DNA of 64,000 nt from Octopus sinensis (Eukaryota): assembly GCF_006345805.1 (NCBI RefSeq), contig NC_042998.1, forward strand, positions 67,642,001-67,706,000, written 5' to 3'. Positions 1 to 10,725 of this stretch are shown here, in pieces (position 1 is the stretch's first letter; each line of letters begins with the position of its first letter). Under the pieces are notes generated by a model. That model searched no databases. It was given only the letters and a program-made list of their open reading frames with translations, and had not been told where the DNA came from. The position numbers and the translations under genes were made by a program.

Positions 1-944
1 AATAAGCAATTTTATTGTATTACATTCAATTTCTTTTTACCATTTTCCTTTATCTTTCTCCCCAAAAGTATCCATTTATCCGGTGTGTATGAATCAATAC
101 GCCCTTAATAAATCAATTGAATCTTTTTCTTTCATCTGACTGTGAATCAGGCTTTCGATTTCGAATTCCTATAAGTAAACAGAACTGACACAACAAAGCA
201 GTTCACAAAATGGCCGTCTTTTCTCCATTATTCTAACAACCATTTCAGCGTGACCATACCAATTTGTTCTCTTTGATGTCCGGCTTTTCTTCTGGCTGTT
301 TAATTTCTCTATATATTGATAAATCTTTCGCAGGCTCTTGACCTATAAATTTAAGAAGCTGACAAAGGTCAAACAATCACATTAACTCGCTCATTTCTTT
401 TATATAATATACCTTCTCTCAGATGAAGTTTCCTTGCTCTCTCTCTCTCTCTCTCTTACCATAATCTCTGTTTTCCTCTTCATCTATATATCAATTATTT
501 CTTTTTCAAGTGGTTTTGGACGTGGCAGACGAATGCAACATCAGTAGCAGTTCATTTACATTATGTAATTCGTTACATTAGTGATCCGAGTTCAAATTCT
601 GCAGAGTTCAATTCCGTTTCTCAGGTTACTTGGAGTCGATATTGTCAGAGCTAATAATATTGCTAGGGTTTATTTAATTATGACACGAAGTAAATATTAA
701 TATTATATTAAGTCAAAAACATTCAGTAACAATTTTCTTTCAATTGTTCCTTCCGTCTTTCTTCCATTTCTTCCTCCCTCCCTTTCTTTCTTTCTATCTT
801 TCCTATCATACATTTCCGTGTAATATTTTCTTTCTATATTCTACACATCAGTCTACACATATTTAGTTCCCTTACCCAACGATAATTTCTTAACGGTCGC
901 AAACAAATTTACGCAAAAATATGCAAGAGCCTCCCTTACATGCG

Positions 945-1227
945 AGACTACCTATACATATTTATATGTGCACAACTTCTATCAGTATATATATATGTAT
1001 ATATATATATAGAGAGAGAGAGACAGACAGAGAGACACAGAGAGAGAGAGACAGAGACAGAGAGAGGGAGAGACATATATAATGACATAGATAGATAGAT
1101 ATGTGCATACATATAAATGTATATATATGTGTGTATGAACATCTATATATACATACATATATACATATATATACAAACAGACACATACACACACACATAT
1201 ATATATATACATATCTATCTATCTATC

Positions 1228-1289
<62 letters not shown>

Positions 1290-1300
1290 TATATATATTT
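945..1300. repeat. Compound microsatellite (TA)/(GA)/(GACA)/(GATA)/(CA)
   Basis: Consecutive simple-repeat tracts read directly; they explain the overlapping YIYI/SLSL ORFs. Confidence 0.95.
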
Positions 1301-1861
1301 ATATGTATATATGTATATGCACATATATATGTATACCCAGGCATAAAAACATGAAAATTTGCAGCAGCTACGCAAGTATTACTCCCACATGCAGGTAACT
1401 TCTCATACACTCCGACAAAAATCGTCACGCATTTGCTTATATGCACTGCATAGTTTTGTGCTCCTACTGATAAGTACCAAGTATAAACATTATGTCGCAC
1501 ACAAATATATATCTTATTCTCTTATATTCGAACATACACACCTTGACATGTAGAACAAGACATGAGCACGTGCTTATCGACAAATGCGAATGAAAAATTC
1601 ATAACAATCCTATCCTCAAAATATTACATGCATGCAGTTGCTGTTGTCATTCTGATTCTCCAGAGCGTCGGCTGCGGGGTCACTCCGAAAAGCTTTATCT
1701 GCGACAATTTCATCTCAATCGAAGTAGAAGGGCTTTCTCCGTCTGGGTTGCGGATCCGGGGAATAAGCTGAACTCTTTACATGAACACCACCCTGTACAT
1801 AACTCCATGTCCCCCTACATGGCCTTGCGTTTTGCTTTTTTTAGCCAAAAAATTAACTAAC

Positions 1862-1960
1862 TAACATATATATATATATATATATACATAATATATATAT
1901 ATACGTATATATATATATATATATACATAACATATATATATACGTAATATATATATATAC

Positions 1961-2000
<40 letters not shown>

Positions 2001-2022
2001 AATACCTATATATATATAATAT

Positions 2023-2072
<50 letters not shown>

Positions 2073-2585
2073 TAATATATATATATAATACATAAATATA
2101 TATAATATGATATCATATATATATATATATACATAATATATATGTATAATTTCATATATATATTATGTATATATATATGATATCATTATATATATATATA
2201 CATATATATGTATGATATCATATATATATTATGTATATATATGTACATATATATATACAGGATATTATATATATATATATATATTATTATATATATTATA
2301 TATATGATATAATTATATATATATATATAATACATATATATGTATGATATCATATATATATGTATATATGTACATATTATATATATGATATTATATATAT
2401 ATATGATATTATATATATATGTATGATATATTATATTATGATATTATTATATATGTATGATATTATATATATATATATGTATGATATTATATATATATAT
2501 GTATGTATGATATCATATATATATATATGTATGATATTATATATATCTCTCTCTCTATATATATATATAATATATATGATATATA
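1862..2585. repeat. (TA)n array with recurring GTATGATAT(C/T)ATAT higher-order unit
   Basis: About 15 recurrences of ATGATAT within TA runs between ~2105 and ~2585. Confidence 0.9.
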
Positions 2586-3264
2586 TTATTATTATAATAA
2601 TTAGGGAATATCAATTCCATTGCCACAGGAATGAGACATTCAAATTAAAAATATTAAATTGGATTACTCTCAATAATTGATTCATATGTATCAAAATATT
2701 GTTAGAGATAGAAACACCTACAACTTCTTAAACTCCAAAGGATATTAACTCAACCAAGCCATAAAATGTATAATAATATACTTACTATTTATATTCATAA
2801 TACAAAAGTTTTCGTATTACGGACTACACGTGTTTCATGAGGTTACGTATGGTATTGTTAAGACACAACATCTCATTCGAAAACGCTTTATGTTTACGCA
2901 CTCCCAATCGTCAGGTCTACATTAATAAATATAGCTACTCCTTATAAATTTATACATATAACTACATTTATAAATATAACTACTCCTTATATATAACTAT
3001 ATTTGTCAAAAGCAATTACAAGTATATAAGTATCAATATGTCAATAAATAACTTCATGAACCTTACAAATTTAAGACAAAGATTTAAGGAATAAAGACGG
3101 ATATGAAATACGACTAAAAAATACGAATGAAAAAATGAAAAAAAGTGAAAAATTTCGAATGAAAATATGTGAATAAGTCCGGATAAAAATTACGACTAAG
3201 AAAATATGAATAAACTACGATAAAATTGATAAAGTAATATAAAAAAGGAATAAAAACGGACACA

Positions 3265-3660
3265 TATATATTTATATGTGTAAGTATATAATATATACAT
3301 ACATATGTTATATATATATATATGTATATATATATATAATATATATATCTGTGTGTGTTTGTATGTTATATATATATATATTATATATATATATATATAT
3401 TATATATCTGTGTGTGTTTGTATGTATATATATATATATATATTATATATATATATATTATATATATATATATCTGTGTGTTTGTATGTATATATATATA
3501 TAGGTGTATGTGTTTGCATGTATATACGTATATGTATATATATTCGTGTGTGTATGTGTATGTATATATATACATATACATACATATGTTATATATATAT
3601 ATATATATGTGTGTGTGTATGTGTGCATGTATGTATATATACGTGCAAATATATGGCTGT
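3265..3660. repeat. Compound TA/TG microsatellite with triplicated ATCTGTGTG(TG)TTTGTATGT unit
   Basis: The unit occurs near 3347, 3406 and 3462, separated by TA runs. Confidence 0.9.
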
Positions 3661-3904
3661 ATGTATGCCAAGTTTTATTTAGAAATTATTTAATATGAAA
3701 CAGAAGCATTACTCCATGTCTTTTATACTAAAAGCTATCGAAAAATCTTTCCATTTAATGTTAAACTGTTGTGCATGTTTACTAAAGATTTACAAGGAAT
3801 GATTGACTAAAACTTCGAAGTTTCGGTTTGTTTGCCATAACGGACGCTCATATATGATATATGTGTGTGTCTGTGTGTTTGTGTATGTGTGAGTGTATAT
3901 GTGC

Positions 3905-4520
3905 GAGTCTTTCTTTGTTGAATGCGGGTATTTTATCACTTTCCCTCATTTCTCTTCACTATCACATGTATAGATGGAAACTTACCTCACATTTTCTTAA
4001 ACATTTCTCAAGTAGCTACTTCCTTCTGCATTTTATACTCTCTTTCTCTCTACCTCTCTCTCTGCTCAATCTACCTTCCTCTTCCTCCCTCTCACACTCT
4101 GTTTCCGTCTCTCTGTCTTTCTCTCTCCTACATCCTTCTTTCGTCCCGACCTTTCTCTGCTTTTTCTATCTTTCTTTTGTTCTTTTCTCTCTATCTTCTA
4201 CATCTGTCCTCTTGTTCTTACGCGTTTAAATTCTTTCCATTTTTCCTTTTCCTCATTCGGTTTTCTTTATATTCATCTTTCATTCCTTCCTTCCTTCTCA
4301 CGCATTTTTATTCTCCTATTTTATTCCATATCATCCATTCGTCTTGCACTAAAACACTTCTTTCATATATTTTTCTTTTTCTTTCTCTCTCTAACATCTC
4401 GTTCTATCAAACAATTTCTCCCCTTTTATTTTCTTCTCTTTAAATAATCCTTATATTCCTTTCATCCATCCATCTATCATCTCCTGTTATCTTCATCTCC
4501 TCTGCTCCTTACACACCTCC
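3905..4520 (+). repeat. Long CT-rich polypyrimidine low-complexity tract
   Basis: About 600 bp dominated by C/T on the + strand; source of the S/L/F-rich ORFs 3861-4443. Confidence 0.85.
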
Positions 4521-5349
4521 CACTCCGCCAACCTGCATCTTTGTTACCAATAAACCTGGCTGTGGAGTGTTTGATCAAAGCTACCGGGAGAGTGTTTAGA
4601 GCAGCTCAAGTCCTATTATCGGTGCAAGCCATCAACACAGCTTTCATCAGATAGCCTTTATATTTTCACACCTACATCCAGTATATTCTCTCTCAGAGAA
4701 AATAGATAAGTGAATAAATAGATAAATGAATAAATGAATAAAACTATTGAAAATAAATATTTCAATAGTTTTTAGAATATAAAATAAAAAATAATATAAA
4801 TAAGAACCTTCTTCTGCATCAGAATTTTCTTTAATATTTTCCATGAAATATAAGTTTTTTTCTTCTTTGTGAGTCTTTTCGCTTTAGGATATAATATTTA
4901 TCTCTTTGGTTTCGTTTATATAGTTTCAAAAACGCTAAGAATTTCTGTTCTATTTCTTTTAAATCAATCAATAAAGCTTACCCGGACTTGCATATCTTGT
5001 CAGAAAAGTAGCTATAACTACAGCTGCACTGTTACAAAGTTATACACAGAGGTAAATATAGTCATCAATTATTTCTTTATTTACTTATCAATATCAGTCA
5101 TTCGTAGTATAAAAACAGCAATTCAAAAAGTTTTAATCATCAGACAATGCAAGACTTTTATATTCTCGCTTCGCTAATGTGACAATATACATAATCTAAA
5201 CGGTAAATGCTTACCACCAGCCATACATGCATACACGCACAAATAAACACACACACACACAACATATATATTATGATACATATTCTTTTATTATTTTATA
5301 TGTTTCACCTCAAAGGCTGTGGCCATGCTGGAGCACCACCAATGTAATC

Positions 5350-5583
5350 ACATTTTCAGCGCTGGCAGAAACGTTAGCGTGCCGGGCGAAATGCTTAGCC
5401 GTATTTCGTCTGTCGTTACCTTCTGAGTTCAAATTCCGCCGAGGTCGACTTTGCCTTTCATCCTTTCGGGGTCGATAAATAAAGTACCAGTTTCGCACTG
5501 GGGTGGATGTAATCGACTTAATCCCTTTGTCTGTCCTTTTTTATCTCCTCTATGTTTAGCCCCTCGTGGGCAGTAAAGAAATA
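5350..5583 (+). mobile_element. tRNA-derived SINE, family B
   Basis: A-box-like GCTGGCAGAAACG and B-box GAGTTCAAATTCC, then GAGGTCGACTTTGCCTTTCATCCTTTCGGGGTCGATAAATAAAGTACCAG, shared with at least 5 other copies in the window. Confidence 0.9.
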
Positions 5584-6707
5584 TATATATATATAAATAG
5601 ATAGATACAGATAGATAGATAGATAGATAAGGACAAAATTATTGTACAATTGAGATGTCTTTGTATTTATGCTTAGTATAAATTTAAAACGTTAATAATT
5701 GGATGCACTATTGTAAAAGTAGCATTAGAACGACTAAAAAACTATTAAGTTTCATGTTTTTGCGTTCCAAGTTCGAATCCTATTGAGGTTATTTGCTAAA
5801 CAATATTCGAAGATTGACATATTTCTACCAATCGCACTATTTATGGAGTGGAGAGAAGTCGGTTAAGTTACTGGTTTGAATTACTGTGGAGCAAGTCAAA
5901 AGACGACATGTCGTCATGTTATTTTCTTATTAATTTTTGTGAAGACCCAACATAAACCTTATGACGAATCAACTGCTCAGTGGCTTTTCTATATCTTTTT
6001 CATTCCTTTAATATTTATCTATTTATTTATTATTTTTGAGAAAAAGAGATTGAAAGAAACGTGGAATTTGGAATTGCGTCATCTAATTATGATTTCTTTG
6101 CTAACAATAGTAAGTCGTATATGCGCAAGATTTGACTCCAATATCTAACTAGGTTGAGAAACCACATAAACGCTCCCTTGCTAGCCTGAATGAAATTAAA
6201 CAATGTAGCTACCATTACGCTCAATTTATGATGGAGTAGCGTAACTATTTCAGAAATTCAACGTCTGGCAGAATTTGTTCCAATGACAGAGGCATGATTG
6301 TTAAAACATCCGAGATATCCCTTCTTAAAGCATAGAGCATTCTATCCACTTAACGATAAAAAATAGCTCTCTTAACACAAATAGGCTATGTTGATTACAA
6401 ATGTATTCAAGAAGGAAATTATCAAGCAGAAGAGGCGAGTGTTCTGATAATCGAGTTTATGTTTGTTTTGTTATCAGATGTAACCAGAGAGCTGCTGCAT
6501 AAAAAAATAATAACTTAATAATCTCGTTATTTAAATCGCATAATGCCGACTGCAAATATATGACATCATATGATGTACTGCGGCTAAATAATCGGGATAA
6601 AATTTCGTTGTGAAAGTTAGTTGTGGTTGGTTACAACTTGGGAGGTTTCCTTTGCTAATATCACTTCCTATATATCCCCCTCTCTCACGCACGCTATATA
6701 TGCATGA

Positions 6708-6772
<65 letters not shown>

Positions 6773-7100
6773 CATGTACATAGATTCATATTTATGTATG
6801 CGTGTGTGTACGCGCGTGATTGTGTACATATATATATATATATAACAAATTAAATTAAATACGCCTTACAAATACAAGCAGACTATGAAATACGAGTGTA
6901 AGAGAATATAATGCGCTTCAGGCAACCTGAATATATTACACTTATCTCAGCAAGGAACCAAGGAAGGCGAATCACAGATAAAATCATATTTGTAGAACTA
7001 ATCGAAAGAAGACGTAATGTTTCATTCTTTGAAAATGGATTGAGACAAGCTAGCAAGAACTGTATATTTGTTACATAATTCTAAAAAGAATAGACACACG

Positions 7101-7161
<61 letters not shown>

Positions 7162-7271
7162 GCATTTATGTATATGCATATACATACAAACACATACACA
7201 CACACATATATATATATGCGTGTATGTATGTGTGTATGTATGCTTATATATGGATATAGATATAGCTATAT

Positions 7272-7317
<46 letters not shown>

Positions 7318-7770
7318 ATATATATACACATCGTTAGCAAGTTAGTTAGAATAACTTGAAGTTCTTCAGGCACAGAGGGTGTATTTCTAAAGTTATACAA
7401 TAAATAGATATTTCTACAATCAGATGTTTGGAGTTGTTAGGGCATTTGTATCCAGTCAGAAGATATGCTATTTAGAGAGTTATCACTGACGCTATGTGAA
7501 GTATTGCTATTTCTTTCTGTTTATTCTTATCTTCAATACGGATTATATATCAAATCACGATGCAACGTTCATCTCAGTGAGGGAATTACATCATCTTTGT
7601 GACTAGGTTATAGTAGATATATCAAATGTTACACCATTATCAAAAGGTGAATAAATACATATATTATTAACGAATACGAAGTGATCTTTCTAAATGTTTG
7701 AATTTTGCGAATATTTCATTCTCAGTTTTCATTTGAACATTTCACCCATGATAATTACAAAAGAGGCACA

Positions 7771-8136
7771 GAAGTGACTTTATGGTAATTATCTTGCTTA
7801 CCAACTACGTGGTGTCGGGTTCAATCCCACTGCGTGGCACCTTGAGTAAGTGTCTTCTTCTATGGCCCCGGGTCGACCAAAGCATTGCGAGTGGATTTGG
7901 TAGATAGAAACTGAAAGAAGCACGTCGTATCTATCTATATGTGTGTGTGTCTGCACAGATATGTTTGTGTGTCTGTGCTTGTCCCCCCACTATCGCTTGA
8001 CAACCGAATTTGGTGAATTCACGTCCCCGTAACTTAGCGATTCGGTAGGAGAGACGGATAGAATACTAGGCTTACAAAGTTCTGCTCTCGATTTGTTCCA
8101 CTGAAGGCGTGCTCCAGCATGGCCACAGTCAAGTGC
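7771..8136 (+). mobile_element. tRNA-derived SINE, family A (internal microsatellite)
   Basis: Head GTGACTTTATGGTAA...GGTTCAATCCCACTGCGTGGCACCTTGAGTAAGTGTCTTC, internal TA/TG spacer, tail GTGCTCCAGCATGGCCACAGTC; colinear with copies at 27748, 34314, 37034 and 48593. Confidence 0.9.
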
Positions 8137-8370
8137 TCGATGTCAACTTCTGTCAACTGCCGAATGTTCACACAGCTTCTTTATTTTATTGAAAAACGTC
8201 AGTCCACCTTTGGCCACGTGGGAGTAGTCAGGATCCTGCCACGACAAAAGGTCGTATATGTATGTATGTATGCATTCATGTATGTATATACACATGTATA
8301 CACAAGTAAATACGCACACCATCATAGAACCACATACAAAACTACATATAGAAACATATATACATACATA

Positions 8371-8480
8371 CACTGTGGGCAAGTGTCCTCTACTATAGCC
8401 TCGGGCTGACTAAAGACTTGTGAGTGGATTTGGTACCCGGAAACTGACAGAAGCACATCATGTATATATATATATATGAA
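8371..8480 (+). mobile_element. SINE family A, truncated head fragment
   Basis: GGGCAAGTGTCCTCTACTATAGCCTCGGGCTGACTAAAGACTTGTGAGTGGATTTGGT matches the family A head. Confidence 0.8.
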
Positions 8481-8649
8481 TACAGTGTACATGTAAACAT
8501 GAAAGAGGTATCTATCATGAGATTCCTTTCACGTTAGAAGGAACAGCTAAAGTCCAAACCACTCAACCACTATTAGGGATAAAAATTATTCGAAGAAATG
8601 CCGGTATTTATTTTATATATTTTATATATATTTTTATATATATTTTCGG

Positions 8650-9828
8650 TGACTTCAAAGTACCGACGGAACAGGTGCCTGGTGTACAAATTCTTAAAAT
8701 TAGAAATCACCTGATGGTCCATGGGCTGCAAGACAGGGGTGGTCTTGCGTGAAAGTTACAGAACTTTTATATATTTAAATTCGTTCAGGATATCATCTTC
8801 GAGGTTAGGAGGGTGCGTAGAAGCATTGTCGAGGATGAGGAAGGCCTTGAGAGGAAGATTATTCTCCAGAGGGTACTTTTTTTTACTGCTGGTCTGAAGA
8901 CAAGGCTGACCCACTTGGAGAAGAATTGCTTGCTGACCCAGTACTTAACGTTTGCCCTCCACATGACCTGCAGCTTCTCCTTCACGACTTTTTGTGATTG
9001 AATGCTCGTGGGTTTTCGGAATGGTAGACAAAGAGCGGCTTCAAGTCTCCACTCGCTTTCGCACAACGGGCGAAAGTTAGCCTATCTTTCATAGGCACGT
9101 GGTTTGGCATTTTCTTCTCTGGAGTTATGTAGGTTCTTTTTGACACTCCCCGCCCCAAATGCCCAGTTTCATCACAATCGAATAACTGTTGTGCTATGTA
9201 CTCCTTGGCTATGATGTGCTGATGAAATTCACGCACGGAATCTTCAACTACCTTCGTGTCAGAACTCGTTGCTTCTCCATAGTATGAACACCACCCCTCT
9301 CCTTGAAATTATCAAACCAACCGCGACTGACCTGAAATGCGTCTGCTGATGTCTCCTCTGTCGATGTCCCAGGTTTCTGCAGATCGCCGACGTGCTTCGG
9401 TCGTATTGATGTGCAATGTCCACTACTCGCACTCCTCCCTCATGTTAATCAATGATTTCCTTCTTGAATTCTATCGTAATCAGCTTTTTCTTATTCTCAG
9501 CACCGCCTTTTGCACTAACCTTCTAAGGATTCATGGCTAACACAACTAATTAGTATAAAATCGTAGCAAAAATGCACAGAACTAAGCAAAATAAAAACGG
9601 AAAACGCAATCGATCTGCTGCCAGAGCGAGACAAACACGTTAACTGAGCGAGTGGAGACTGCGCTTGTTGGAAAATGTGTGTGAGTTCAGTGCCGACTAG
9701 CAGTTGCTTGTATGAAACTTGCTCGTACTGCGGATTTTCGCTGGTACTTCAAGACAAAAGTTCGCACGAGCCTCGGCTCGTACAGCAAAATTACTCGTAC
9801 AATGGTACACTCGTACTGAGAGATTCTA

Positions 9829-9831
<3 letters not shown>
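8650..9831 (-). mobile_element. Decayed Tigger/pogo (TIGD1-like) DNA transposon with transposase pseudogene, 3' truncated
   Basis: Minus-strand translation across stops and frameshifts, from ATG at 9534: MNP*KVSAKGGAENKKKLITIEFKKEIID*HEGGVRVVDIAHQY; VSRGWFDNFK; FDCDETG...MKDRLT...VYHSENPRAF; LQVMWRANVK.WV; AFLILDNASTHP; LQPMDHQVISNFK. This includes the three catalytic Asp motifs. TIR start TA-CAGTAGAATCTC at 9831. Confidence 0.95.
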
Positions 9832-9908
<77 letters not shown>

Positions 9909-9984
9909 ATTCTACTGTATAATTCACTCCACCTAATACAAAAATAAAATACACGATCATTACCGTTGGAACATATTTGGTCAT

Positions 9985-10725
9985 AGGACTTTTTTTACTC
10001 CAGACGCAGATGTTTTTGCATCTCCAGGCATCACTTCACTTAAATCAATGATGGAGCTCGTAAATCAATGATCTTGAAAAATGAAATAAGATGGTCTGGC
10101 TACATTGTTCAAATGGACGATGAATGTACGCCCAAACAGTTGTTTTATGGCGAACTTGCAGAAGGGAAAAGCGATCAGTGTAAACCTAAAAAGACATTTA
10201 AGGACTGTGTAAGGACTAACATGAAATCACTTGGTGTGTGTACACAGGGCCATAGAAACTTTTACTTCGGATCGAGTTGGATGGCGAACAAAAGTGTGGA
10301 GTGGAGTGAAAGCTTTTGAAAGAACCTTGATAACCCACACGAAACGCAAAAGAAATTTTAAGGAAAATGCTACGATCAACGAGAATCCCAACCACCTTTT
10401 TGTATGCACAATTTGTCACAGACCAAGCCCGTTTTTTGCTAGGCTCAAGTCTCCACCAACTATTCTGATTATCTATATGTCAGTGCTATATATGCTATAA
10501 GGTCTGCAAATCTAACGGAGGCCTCAAAAGACATTTTAATATCCACTAAGACCAGTACCTAACTGCAGCTCTTGGATGTCCAAAGCAGATACGCAATTTA
10601 TGTGTCTTTGCAAACATTGACTAGCTTAACAAGCCACATCAGACGCCATGATAGATCTAAGGTGTAAGTACAGGAGGTGGCCAGATTCTGCATTAGAAGT
10701 ATGCAAGCATCATATGTATGTATGT
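9985..10725 (+). mobile_element. RTE-clade LINE, 5'-truncated 3' end with C-terminal C2H2 zinc fingers
   Basis: IRWSGYIVQMDDECTPKQLFYGELAEGK...KTFKDCVRTNMKSLG and DRVGWRTKVWSGVKAFE are RTE C-terminal motifs. They are followed by FVCTICHR..., CYICYKVCKSNGGLKRHFNIH and ...SHIRRH, a stop at 10665-10667, a short 3' UTR and a (TATG)n tail. Confidence 0.9.

Noticed and set aside
2590-3130. Possible further Penelope GIY-YIG traces (FKLKILNW...TPKDIN; TNLRQRFKE)
   Set aside because: Too short and out of the expected order to support a call.
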